A stretch of DNA of 64,000 bases from a bacterium (GCA_043803945.1 JAZDJN010000016.1:32001-96000), one strand, 5' to 3'. Positions 41,513-50,770 are shown, numbered from the stretch's first letter. Made by a program: numbers and translations. The notes: generated by a model not told the origin, from the letters alone.

Positions 41513-41637
41513 CTCTGCGGGACACGACTCCCGGACCAAAAGATGAACGAAGTGCACCCCTTTCGGGGCGCATCCTCGATCTGTGTCTTTGGTCTTGAAT
41601 TATCGTGTTTTCAGAGAGACAGCAGCCGAAGCTGAGC
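41485..41637 (-). ncRNA. Candidate ~150-nt structured RNA / attenuator leader
   Basis: Minus-strand cUUCGg hairpin, long interrupted stem capped by GAAA, then a GCAA-capped hairpin followed by U6. Confidence 0.6.
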
Positions 41638-41657
41638 CAAATATGTTTTATCGTTTG

Positions 41658-41703
41658 GCGAAGTCCCGCACCCTGAGTTTATCGAAGGGTGGCGGGACTA
41701 CGC
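41658..41703. repeat. REP-like palindrome with a nested hairpin
   Basis: gcgaagtcccgc-accctgagtttatcgaagggt-ggcgggactacgc. Confidence 0.55.
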
Positions 41704-41866
41704 ATTAGTTCATAAGTTTTAAGTCTATGAGTAAAAGATTCCTCTAATTGTAAATTATCATTGAATTTTGTTGCTCACCTCTTCTATAGGTTGCCTCTCT
41801 TGTCTGGCTACCTGAAGATCTAATATTAACGCATCAGGATGATCGACTGACTCTAGAATACTGATG

Positions 41867-42076
41867 TCACGCAAACATCAATCTCCCCTTTGGTATCGGG
41901 ATTTCTTTGCCTTCCTCTTTCGCAATTTCAATCCATTCCTGAATAACAATTTCAACATTTTTCATAGCATCGATGTAGGTTTCTCCATCTGCCATACAGC
42001 CCGGAAGCTCGGGGACCTCAGCGATAAACGCCTTATCTTCTTCACTCCAATAAATGATGACTTCATATTTACTCAT
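41867..42076 (-). CDS. HicB-family antitoxin (short, orphan)
   Basis: YEVIIYWSEED..FIAEVPELPGCMADGET...IPIP. Confidence 0.9.
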   Translation of the reverse strand: MSKYEVIIYWSEEDKAFIAEVPELPGCMADGETYIDAMKNVEIVIQEWIEIAKEEGKEIPIPKGRLMFA

Positions 42077-42356
42077 TGGCATCCGATTGTGCGAGCAAAA
42101 TAATCTCGAGCATTTTTTCGTATCTATCCATAACAATCCCTGTTGCAATATACAAAAACTAGAAGAAAATCCATCTTCTGTTTTCTATGAATATCAACTT
42201 CTGCAGTGAGAAAATGGGATGCAGTCCGGTGCAATTATTAATATGCTATATTGGTAAGAAAGAGATGTAGAGAAAAAAAAGTCTGACTTTATTTAAAGGA
42301 TCTCCCTACATAAAAGTCGGACTTTTTGCCCGTAGTCATTATCCCTTCCAACTTGC

Positions 42357-42393
42357 CATAATCTCGCCGAAACACTCCAGGCCGCTTGGGATA
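42357..42393. repeat. 37-bp exact direct repeat of the oxidoreductase 3' end (43728-43764)
   Basis: cataatctcgccgaaacactccaggccgcttgggata occurs at both positions. Confidence 0.95.
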
Positions 42394-42422
42394 GCACATT
42401 AATAAACTTGCTTGGCAGTAAC

Positions 42423-42635
42423 CTATTGTATCACCACATACTCAGCAATGGATGTCGATTCAGGAACCGGCAGATTGTCTTGCTTCATTCCCTGTATATG
42501 CAACTCGATTGCTTGATGCATATTTCGTTCCGTCTCTTCTTTCGTCGCTCCTGTCGCTACGCAACCCGGTAGATCGGGTGAATAGGCGGAGAAGTTGTTG
42601 TTCACTTTTTCTACGACAATAAGAAATCGATACAT
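42423..42635 (-). CDS. HicB-family antitoxin (short, orphan)
   Basis: FSAYSPDLPGCVATGAT.EE....M..AI..H. Confidence 0.9.
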   Translation of the reverse strand: MYRFLIVVEKVNNNFSAYSPDLPGCVATGATKEETERNMHQAIELHIQGMKQDNLPVPESTSIAEYVVIQ

Positions 42636-42713
42636 CTAATTTTCCCTCGATTAAAAAGTTACCTTTAATATACAATCGTTTTTCACCTCGCACCCGATGT
42701 TTGTAAAATACTA

Positions 42714-43085
42714 TCAAAAACCACTTTGCTGATCATCGTGTTTCAAGTTATGTAGCACTTCTTCAAGCTGTTGAATCAATACCGGCAAGTCCACATGCAC
42801 AATCTGCCAAAGAATATCATAGTCTACATTTTCATAAGCATGGATAATGCGATTTCGTGTTCCTACAATATTCTTCCAAGGAATTATGGGAAACTGCACT
42901 TTTATTTCTTCCGTGACCTTTGAGGCAGCTTCACCGATAATTTCTATAAGTCGTACAAGTGCCAACGCCAATTGTTCGTCTGTATCAAGGTCAATGCGAC
43001 TCTTTGTTTGAGTAAATAGGACTGCTTTTCTTGCAGCATCAGCCATATGGCGAATACGAATCGTGTCTGATTTACGATTTGCCAT
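42714..43085 (-). CDS. HepT-like (DUF86) HEPN ribonuclease toxin
   Basis: LIEIIGEAA, PWKNIVGTRNRIIHAY (Rx4HxY). Confidence 0.92.
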   Translation of the reverse strand: MANRKSDTIRIRHMADAARKAVLFTQTKSRIDLDTDEQLALALVRLIEIIGEAASKVTEEIKVQFPIIPWKNIVGTRNRIIHAYENVDYDILWQIVHVDLPVLIQQLEEVLHNLKHDDQQSGF

Positions 43086-43383
43086 AAACACTTGTCGCTT
43101 CTTTTACGATAGCATCTCGAAAATATTTGCTTAAACTGTTTTCAGTGTGCAGGTCAACAGTGCGGCCGAAGAGTGTCGTAAGTTCTTCCTGAATCTGAGC
43201 AAATGAGAAACCAGGAACGTGCCCCGATTCGAACTTGACGAGCAGATCGAGATCGCTGTCCGAACTACTATCTCCATGAAGTACAGATCCAAAGAGTGAT
43301 AATGTCTGGATATGGTATTCCCGGCATATATCTTCAAGTGTATTTGCACGGATGGCAGGGAAATATGTCAATAGTTGTTCCAT
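43072..43383 (-). CDS. MntA-like minimal nucleotidyltransferase antitoxin
   Basis: LFGSVLHGD....SDLDLLV, GRTVDL; overlaps the HEPN gene. Confidence 0.92.
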   Translation of the reverse strand: MEQLLTYFPAIRANTLEDICREYHIQTLSLFGSVLHGDSSSDSDLDLLVKFESGHVPGFSFAQIQEELTTLFGRTVDLHTENSLSKYFRDAIVKEATSVYGKS

Positions 43384-43495
43384 TCACTTCTCTCTCAAGA
43401 CGTATATTGCTCACCTAAAACTACAGAAAAGGCCAAAGAGAAACAAACGCTATACTCAGAAGTAAAAACTCCGCCTTTTCTGAACTCAGAAGTCC

Positions 43496-43556
43496 GTCTT
43501 CTCCAAGATCAGAAGTCTGTCTTCTATCAGAGATTACTCTTTAGTAAGAATACAGA
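43496..43556. repeat. Right copy of the ~60-bp imperfect direct repeat
   Basis: Aligns with 33215-33274 (5 substitutions, 1 indel). Confidence 0.85.
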
Positions 43557-43586
43557 GTTATAGGAACCTCATCGAGGAGAAAAGAT

Positions 43587-43683
43587 GCCACTGAGTCACT
43601 GAGAACACTGAGAGGAATTCTTATAAAATATTGACATTAGAATCAGCATTTATCAATCTCAGTGACCTCTGCGTCTCTGTGGC
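43587..43683. repeat. Intergenic palindrome built from 9-mer units
   Basis: gccactgagtcactgagaacactgagag ... ctcagtgacctctgcgtctctgtggc. Confidence 0.7.
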
Positions 43684-43712
43684 AGAAGTTTAACCGATCC
43701 CATAGATTTTTT

Positions 43713-45338
43713 TTATTTCCATTGATTCATAATCTCGCCGAAACACTCCAGGCCGCTTGGGATAACAGCTCCATAACCGTGTCCAGGCCGCGACCAGGCA
43801 CCCGCAAGGAAAAGATTCTTGATCGGTGTCGAGTGGCCAACTCTTGAATTGCCTGAGTTACCCAGCGTTTGATCCCATCCATAAATCGCACCACGGTAGT
43901 TGCCGGTATAACGGAGATTCGTCAGAGGTGTCCCAATCTCTTTCACTTCAATGGCTGAGGAGAGTCCGGGCAGCAATCTCTTCTCAACACTCTCAATGAG
44001 TTTCCCTGCCATCTCCTCTTTTGCTTTTCGGTAGGCAGTCTTATTTCCATTGAAGTAGTCCCCTTCATACTTCTCCCAATAATCGTATCCCTGTAACACC
44101 ATGATGTTCAGGGTATTCTTTCCCTTCGGGGAGTATCCCTCATAAATATTATCATAGATCGTGACACCGCAGCCTCCATCCGTCACATCAGCTCTTAATG
44201 ATTGTTCATACCCCTTCTCGTGGTCATAGCCCGATGCAATGAAGATCTCCGAATCCTTAACGCCGGCCTCCTTCACGAGCTCTTTGTTCAATCCAAGAAA
44301 GATTTGAAAACTGGAGAGGCTCACCTTGTATTTCTCTAATTGCTTGAGATAGGCAGCTCGTCCATCGCATTCATCAATCATCGATTGAAATGTCATGAGG
44401 GAAGATGCGTTGGAGACAACCACTTTTGATTTATATTCGGTTCTATCCTTCGTAACTACTCCTACCGCAGCACCTTTTTCGACAAGAACTTTTTCGACCT
44501 TCGTCCCTAACAACATTTTACCGCCATGTGCTTCGATGAAACGAACGAAGGCATTGCTCAGATCCTGCGATCTCCCTCGTGGATACGCTCCTCCGTTGAC
44601 AAGATAATCATAGGTCGGCAGCGCATAATAGAAGCTTGAGAGTTTCGACGGCGGCAGGCCATAGTATCCCCATTGAGCAGAGACAATTGCTTTGAGTGTG
44701 TTATTCTTCAGATGCGCATCAACCATCTGTCCCCAGGTCTTCATATAATTTGCGAACAGGGTTGGAAACTCCTGAGGAAATTTACTCATATCGACTTTAC
44801 CGCGTGCGGCTGAGAGCTTCTGTATATCTGCTCCGAGCCCCTGCATCGTTGCGAAGAGAGCTTCAATCCCAATTTTCTCTTCAGGGAAGCTGTGGACGAG
44901 TTGAGCGATATATGCAGGAAGATTTTTCTGAGCAACAATGATGTCGTGTTCGGGAAAGATTGCCCGATAGAGTGATGGATGTTGAATGAATTCAGGTCCA
45001 TCGAGTTCGGGAAAACCGGGAATAAGTTTATGGGCTGGATCTCCGCTACCAATCGTTGTGGAATGGAGAGAGACATCGAAGAGAAATCCGCCAGGTCGGG
45101 AGAAGGCTGTGGCATATCCTCCCGGGATGGAATGTTGTTCGATAACCAGCGCTTTGAATCCCTGACGCGCAAATGCCGTTGCGCAACTTAAGCCGCCAAG
45201 ACCCGAGCCAATAACGATAACATCATAGGAATCGGAAGATGAGTGTGCATGATGAGCGATTGGGAATGAGTCCCAATCGAGGGAAAGCACAGGGATACTT
45301 GCAAGGAAAGATTTTAGAAAATCTCTACGGTCGATCAT
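43713..45338 (-). CDS. Phytoene desaturase/RetSat-family FAD oxidoreductase with twin-arginine signal
   Basis: MIDRRDFLK; VIGSGLGGL..A, EQHSIPGGYA, YPRGRSQ, TPLT..RYT....GAIYG, TPIKNLFLAG. Confidence 0.85.
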   Translation of the reverse strand: MIDRRDFLKSFLASIPVLSLDWDSFPIAHHAHSSSDSYDVIVIGSGLGGLSCATAFARQGFKALVIEQHSIPGGYATAFSRPGGFLFDVSLHSTTIGSGDPAHKLIPGFPELDGPEFIQHPSLYRAIFPEHDIIVAQKNLPAYIAQLVHSFPEEKIGIEALFATMQGLGADIQKLSAARGKVDMSKFPQEFPTLFANYMKTWGQMVDAHLKNNTLKAIVSAQWGYYGLPPSKLSSFYYALPTYDYLVNGGAYPRGRSQDLSNAFVRFIEAHGGKMLLGTKVEKVLVEKGAAVGVVTKDRTEYKSKVVVSNASSLMTFQSMIDECDGRAAYLKQLEKYKVSLSSFQIFLGLNKELVKEAGVKDSEIFIASGYDHEKGYEQSLRADVTDGGCGVTIYDNIYEGYSPKGKNTLNIMVLQGYDYWEKYEGDYFNGNKTAYRKAKEEMAGKLIESVEKRLLPGLSSAIEVKEIGTPLTNLRYTGNYRGAIYGWDQTLGNSGNSRVGHSTPIKNLFLAGAWSRPGHGYGAVIPSGLECFGEIMNQWK

Positions 45339-45607
45339 GGTATGCATGATGAGCCTCCGAAGAAAGATGAGACATTGTGAGATGCACTCAGCCGCGAATT
45401 GAGGACAGGAAGAATGCGGTCGATGATTCTTTTATTTCATTATAGAGAAACAATAAGCAAGAGCATGTTTTAAGTTTGCCTCACTCCGAGGTCACTGCTG
45501 AGTAGGACCCTCTTTTGAACAGTTCACGAATCTGATTTCGTGTACGGTCTGCAAGATGAAAAGATTCAGCATAAGCTGGTTCATGATTGCTGTTTGTATG
45601 AAGAGAA

Positions 45608-45906
45608 TTTCCCCCGTTCGTAAAGGGGTAAGGAGGATTTGGTTTTATTCGAGTAGGAGATTATTATTAAAATCCCCCTCCAGCCTCGCTCCCGCTTCGT
45701 CGGAGCGGGCCGGGGGGCTGACTAAAAAGAGAACTCACGGACTGTCATTCCGGCAATCTTCTAGCCGGAATCCAGAAAAATGTTAAATCAATGCACTGGA
45801 CGCCGGATTGAAGTCCCGCTGTACGGTTCCGCTTCTCAGGAATCCCGCATCTGCGGAATCCCAAAGAACGGGAGGTGCCGAAAATCGGCACATTCCGGTG
45901 TGACAC
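45608..45906. repeat. Mosaic of nested palindromic repeats
   Basis: ccccgttcgtaaaggggtaaggaggatt / aaatccccctc; cccgcttcgtcggagcggg; tgtcattccggcaatcttctagccggaatccag...ctggacgccgg...ccggtgtgaca. Confidence 0.6.
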
Positions 45907-46013
45907 ATCGTTTCTTCTTGGACGGTCCCGAGAAGGTAAAGAAACAATAAATTTGTTACTCAGCATGTTAAGTAATTACAAGAAAACACATGATGAAAAA
46001 TAGTACATTTTGC

Positions 46014-48905
46014 TTACCGGATCAGCGCCCCCGCGATCACATCGTGCACTTCGGGCCGAACCCGTGAAATTTTGGAATTCTCTCTTGTGGGATAAACCCG
46101 ATTCGTGAGAAAAACAATAATCAAATTCTTTTCAGGATCTACTGCCACAGAAGTACCGGTAAATCCTGTATGAAGAAATGTCGAATCGGAGAGAAGATTT
46201 CCAGCCCAGGAGCGTTCGTGATTTTTCGTATCCCAGCCTATTCCGCGTGTACTTTGGAGAGACTGGCGCTTTGTGAACGAATCGATGATTGTCCTCTCGA
46301 GGTACCGCTCGCCTCCATAGATTCCGCCATTGAGTATCATTTGAAGAAATGTCGTCAGATCAGAGGCTGTTGAGAACAGCCCAGCATGACCGGACACACC
46401 ACCCAGGACGGAACAATTTTCATCATGAACGGTCCCCTGCACTGCCTTTCCCGTTTTTCGCCAGAATGTATCGACTTCGGTCGGCGCGATTCTATTCCAG
46501 AGACGTTGGGGCGGATTATACATCGTGTTCATCATTCCAAGCGGTTTGAAGAACACCGAATCAACATACCGATCAAGCGGTACATTTGTAACACGCTCAA
46601 TAATCTTTCCCATCGTAATCAATCCGAGGTCGCTGTAAATGGATGAATCTCCGGTCCGATAAATCAGCGGTGTGGCATAGATGGAGTCGAGCACGCACGC
46701 CGGCGTATCACAGAAATCGTAGAATCGCCTCCAAGCCGGCAAGCCACTGTTGTGCACCATCAGATTGTAGAGTGTGATGTGCTGCTTGCCTTGCTGGCCA
46801 AATTGAGGAATATACTTGACCACAGGATCACCAAGCCGGATCTTCCCTTCACCAACGAGTTTCATCACCGCACTTGTGGTCGTAATAACTTTTGTGACCG
46901 AAGCGAGATCGTAGATCGTTGATTGCTGAATCTTCTTCGCACCGGTTTCATAAGTCTGTTTACCGTACGCTTTATGATAGACAAGCATGCCGTTTCGTGC
47001 AACAGCAAGAACCGCGCCGGGAAATGCAGAATCCCGAATCGCACGCTGAATCACCTGATCAACATTTCTGAGCGCCTGACTGCTGAAGCCGGCTTCTTCC
47101 GGAAATCCGGTGCGCAACACCGAGCGCTGCAGTTCGACTCCATCACCGTATTTGAACATCCCAGGGATCGTTATTGGAAGCTTCCCATGAGACTCCGATT
47201 CTCCGAATACAATTTCTGCCGTTGCCTGCTCGATGGCATCATCATCGGAGTAGGCGCAAACATAAGCGTTCATCGTCGGAAGATCCATGGCGATGTAAGG
47301 ATTTCCAAACGAAATCCCGATCATGGATTTCTTCAGTTGAGCAATCTTTGCGACAAGTTCGCGCTGGTCCTTTCTCACAAAACCGGTCATCTCTCCCGAT
47401 CGGATGTGAAGATGAAATTGGAGAATGATAAGTTCCGCTCTCGCTGCACTGGCAAGTGCGTTTTCGAAATGAAGTTTATTACTTGACGAGTTTATCTGCA
47501 TGAACTCGGTGTTCTTTGTGCGATCGTTCAAAAGTGTATGAAAGCTTTTTCCATCAGTCAGGTCTTCAGATTCTGTAATAACGAGATCGAGAATTTTCTT
47601 TGAACTGGATTTTTGCAGCGGGAGAATACTGGTTTGATTGCCAAGGACCGTCACAGCATCGCGAGCGATCTTCAGAGCAAGCCGCCTGTGTTCTTCAATA
47701 TTGACATGCGCAGCGATCGATGCAGGGTCAATATATCTTTGCTGATGGAGCTTGAAACGTTCTTTGATTCTCAGGAGCTTCCGTACGGAATAATTCAGCC
47801 GCTCCTCCGAGAGTTCTCCTTTCCTCACCGCATCGACGATGGCATCGATCGCAACATCAGCATCGACAGGCATAAGTATCAGATCGACCCCTGCCTTGAG
47901 AGCCAGAACCGCAGACTCGCCTGCACCATACTTCATGGCAACGCCTTTCATCTCCATTGCATCGGTTACTATCAAACCAGAGAAGCATAATTCCTTTTGC
48001 AAGAGATCTGTAGTAATTCTCGGAGACAATGTGGCAGGGATTCCAGGGGCCGAGTCGAGCTTCGGCACAGCGATATGGCCGACCATTACAGACGCAAGCC
48101 CCGCTTCGAACGCCGCACGATAGGGTGCCAGTTCCACACTCATCAATCTGGCTTTATCACTATTCAAGGTTACGAGATTAAGATGAGTATCGACATCGGT
48201 ATCTCCATGACCCGGAAAGTGTTTCGCCGTGGCTAGCATGCCGCCCTCCTGTGTTCCTCTGACATACGCTGCTGCCATGGTTGACACAAGCTGAACATCA
48301 TCACCATACGAGCGGGTATTGATCACAGGATTTCGCGGATTAAGATTGATGTCAACCGTGGGCGCATAGTTTTGGTGGATGCCAAGGGCTCGGCCTTCGC
48401 GCGCGGTTGCTTTCGCCATGGCATAGGCATAGTCCGTATTTCGAGTTGCCCCGATCGCCATGGCGGACGGAAAGCTGGTTGCTCTGCGAACGCGCATTCC
48501 TGCTCCGTACTCATAGTCGGCACCGATAAGGAGCGGGACATCGGTAACAGCCTGAAGTTTATTAATCTGGATTGCTGTCTCATAGACATCGCCGACAGAA
48601 AAAATAAATCCGCCAATCTTTCTTTGTGATGCGAGGCGAATCATCTCCTGCCAGTGTTGGTCGTCATCGGCGTAGTACGGTGCTGTCGTCCAGACATGGA
48701 CAAGTTGTGCAGCCTTCTCCTCGAGTGTGAGATGTTGAAGCGTTGTTTCAACCCAGTCGAAAGCCGGCGTGATGATTTTCTCTGCTTCTTTCGGTGGAGG
48801 GGGTACGGGAAGTTGTTGTTCCCGTATTTGCGGCGGGCTGCAACTATTAATAAAAATGAGGCATATGCCCCCAAGCGCAACTTGAATATTCTTCAATCGC
48901 TTCAT
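46014..48905 (-). CDS. GH3 beta-N-acetylglucosaminidase (NagZ-like) fused to a beta-lactamase-fold serine hydrolase (AmiE-like); probable lipoprotein
   Basis: Lipobox-like INSC; ADYEYG, KHFPGHGDTDVDTH, TDAMEM; DLASVTK (SxxK), YSD, GHAGLFS, HTGFTG. Confidence 0.9.
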   Translation of the reverse strand: MKRLKNIQVALGGICLIFINSCSPPQIREQQLPVPPPPKEAEKIITPAFDWVETTLQHLTLEEKAAQLVHVWTTAPYYADDDQHWQEMIRLASQRKIGGFIFSVGDVYETAIQINKLQAVTDVPLLIGADYEYGAGMRVRRATSFPSAMAIGATRNTDYAYAMAKATAREGRALGIHQNYAPTVDINLNPRNPVINTRSYGDDVQLVSTMAAAYVRGTQEGGMLATAKHFPGHGDTDVDTHLNLVTLNSDKARLMSVELAPYRAAFEAGLASVMVGHIAVPKLDSAPGIPATLSPRITTDLLQKELCFSGLIVTDAMEMKGVAMKYGAGESAVLALKAGVDLILMPVDADVAIDAIVDAVRKGELSEERLNYSVRKLLRIKERFKLHQQRYIDPASIAAHVNIEEHRRLALKIARDAVTVLGNQTSILPLQKSSSKKILDLVITESEDLTDGKSFHTLLNDRTKNTEFMQINSSSNKLHFENALASAARAELIILQFHLHIRSGEMTGFVRKDQRELVAKIAQLKKSMIGISFGNPYIAMDLPTMNAYVCAYSDDDAIEQATAEIVFGESESHGKLPITIPGMFKYGDGVELQRSVLRTGFPEEAGFSSQALRNVDQVIQRAIRDSAFPGAVLAVARNGMLVYHKAYGKQTYETGAKKIQQSTIYDLASVTKVITTTSAVMKLVGEGKIRLGDPVVKYIPQFGQQGKQHITLYNLMVHNSGLPAWRRFYDFCDTPACVLDSIYATPLIYRTGDSSIYSDLGLITMGKIIERVTNVPLDRYVDSVFFKPLGMMNTMYNPPQRLWNRIAPTEVDTFWRKTGKAVQGTVHDENCSVLGGVSGHAGLFSTASDLTTFLQMILNGGIYGGERYLERTIIDSFTKRQSLQSTRGIGWDTKNHERSWAGNLLSDSTFLHTGFTGTSVAVDPEKNLIIVFLTNRVYPTRENSKISRVRPEVHDVIAGALIR

Positions 48906-48978
48906 CCGGAAATCCCACAGAGACATGTTCAGTGAATGACCCCACCAAAGACGGTGGCTTCTGAAAAATAAAGAGAAT

Positions 48979-49095
48979 GTCATCCCGTGCTTGACACAGG
49001 ATCCAGATCACAGTCAAAGAACTGGATTCTGGTTCTTCCCCGCCTGCGAATAAGATTCTCTCGAGGTGGGCAGGGCTTCGCTCGACCGGAATGAC
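48979..49095. repeat. RPE/dRS3-like palindromic doublet with an internal insertion
   Basis: tgtcatcccgtgcttgacacaggatccag ... ctggattctgg ... ccggaatgac. Confidence 0.6.
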
Positions 49096-49327
49096 TGGTA
49101 TCGCCTTAGGTACATTAACACCGTCAAAGACGGTAGATTTCTACGTCTGACTACTTCATGTTACACAAAAACAAAAAATGAGACTCTTTGAAAGATAATC
49201 CGGTTGCGAAGTGCGCCTCAGCCCGCCATGCGGCCCGCCTGTGCGCCGCTTGCGGCGGGCAGGGCGGTAAATCTTTCTCATTTTCTGGTCTTACTCAGTT
49301 CCATGCGTAACATAAGTGACTAATATT

Positions 49328-50620
49328 TTACTGTTTTGGTTCTTCACCTTTTTTTGCAAATGATGGATCGATCTTCACCAGGGCAGCAACAATGAAACCT
49401 GGTATTGTGGACAACATCACCCAGAAGAAGAAATATTTATATCCCACCATTTCCTGCAGCCAACCGCTGAACATGCCGGGGAGCATCATCCCTAGCGCCA
49501 TGAATCCGGTACAAATAGCATAGTGAGCGGTCTTATGTTCACCTTCAGCAACCATAATCATGTACATCATATAGGCGGTGAATCCAAAACCATAGCCAAA
49601 CTGCTCGATGCCGACTGCTGCACAGATGGTTAGGAAATGAACCGGTTGAACTTGGGAGAGAAAAACAAACATCAAGTCCGGAGTATGCATAATGATAACC
49701 ATCGGCCAGAGCCACCATCGCAAACCTTTTCTGGAGATTGCAATGCCGCCCAGAATGCCGCCGGCTAATAAGCAAATGACACCGACAGTACCATACGCAA
49801 TACCTACTTCACTCGTGGAAAGTCCCAGGCCTCCCTTATCTCGTGCATCGAGGAGGAATGGCGCAACAAGTTTCACAAGCTGCGCTTCAGCAAACCGATA
49901 GAAGAGAAGGAAAAGTAGAATTATCCCAATATCCTTCTTCTTAAAATACAGGACGAACGTTTTGAAGAATTCGCTCATTACACCTTGGGATCCTTTCTGA
50001 TAGGTTCCCTTATCGCTCACCGGATGGGGCAGCATGAACCGGTGGTAGATAAAGAGTGCGATGAAAATCCCTGCAGAGATGTAGAAGGTGATCGACCATG
50101 CCGTTTTGATATCATACTGCTGTTCAAACTGGCCGGCAATGACCACCAGAACCCCCTGGCAAAAAATAGTTGCCACCCGATAGAATGTGCTTCGTACGCC
50201 GACATAAGCAGCTTGTTGATCAGGTTTGAGTGCAAGCATGTAGAAACCATCAGCGGCGATATCGTGGGTTGCGGAGCTGAAGGCCATCAGCCAGAAGATT
50301 GCGATGGTATATTGAAAAAAGCTTGATGCAGGAATCGTCAAAGCAACACAAGCCAATGCGGCACCAATCAGGAATTGCATAATGATGACCCAGAACCGCT
50401 TCGTCTTGAACATATCAATGAAGGGGCTCCAGAGAGGCTTCAACACCCAGGGTAAATAGAGCCAGCTCGTATACAGCGCGATATCCGCATTGGAGATACC
50501 GAGACGTTTATACATCACTACCGAGACAGTCATCGCCATCACATACGGAATACCTTGAGCAAAATAAAGTGATGGGATCCATGCCCAGGGATTTCGGGAA
50601 GCAGGTTGTGTTGATTCCAT
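49328..50620 (-). CDS. ampG: AmpG-family muropeptide MFS transporter
   Basis: SLYFAQGIPY, LYLPWVLKPLWSP, SATHDIAADG, EQFGYGFG; ~12 TM segments. Confidence 0.9.
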   Translation of the reverse strand: MESTQPASRNPWAWIPSLYFAQGIPYVMAMTVSVVMYKRLGISNADIALYTSWLYLPWVLKPLWSPFIDMFKTKRFWVIIMQFLIGAALACVALTIPASSFFQYTIAIFWLMAFSSATHDIAADGFYMLALKPDQQAAYVGVRSTFYRVATIFCQGVLVVIAGQFEQQYDIKTAWSITFYISAGIFIALFIYHRFMLPHPVSDKGTYQKGSQGVMSEFFKTFVLYFKKKDIGIILLFLLFYRFAEAQLVKLVAPFLLDARDKGGLGLSTSEVGIAYGTVGVICLLAGGILGGIAISRKGLRWWLWPMVIIMHTPDLMFVFLSQVQPVHFLTICAAVGIEQFGYGFGFTAYMMYMIMVAEGEHKTAHYAICTGFMALGMMLPGMFSGWLQEMVGYKYFFFWVMLSTIPGFIVAALVKIDPSFAKKGEEPKQ

Positions 50621-50653
50621 AGAGAGATACCAGAGTTAACTTTTTACAGCATC

Positions 50654-50738
50654 GAACACAGATTACACTGATCAAGCACAAGATTCACACAACAAGATAA
50701 TCTGTGAGAGTCTCGTTCCATCAGTGTCGTCAGTGTTC
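50654..50738. repeat. Intergenic palindromic element (copy of 31449-31533)
   Basis: gaacacagattacactg...tctgtgagagtctcgttccatcagtgtcgtcagtgttc. Confidence 0.7.
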
Positions 50739-50770
50739 CGTTTATTGAGATACTCCTCCCCCCTGCGATG

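Noticed and set aside
43450-43690. CRISPR array from periodic tcagaagt/cactgag units
   Set aside because: No constant 25-40-bp repeat with unique spacers and no cas genes.
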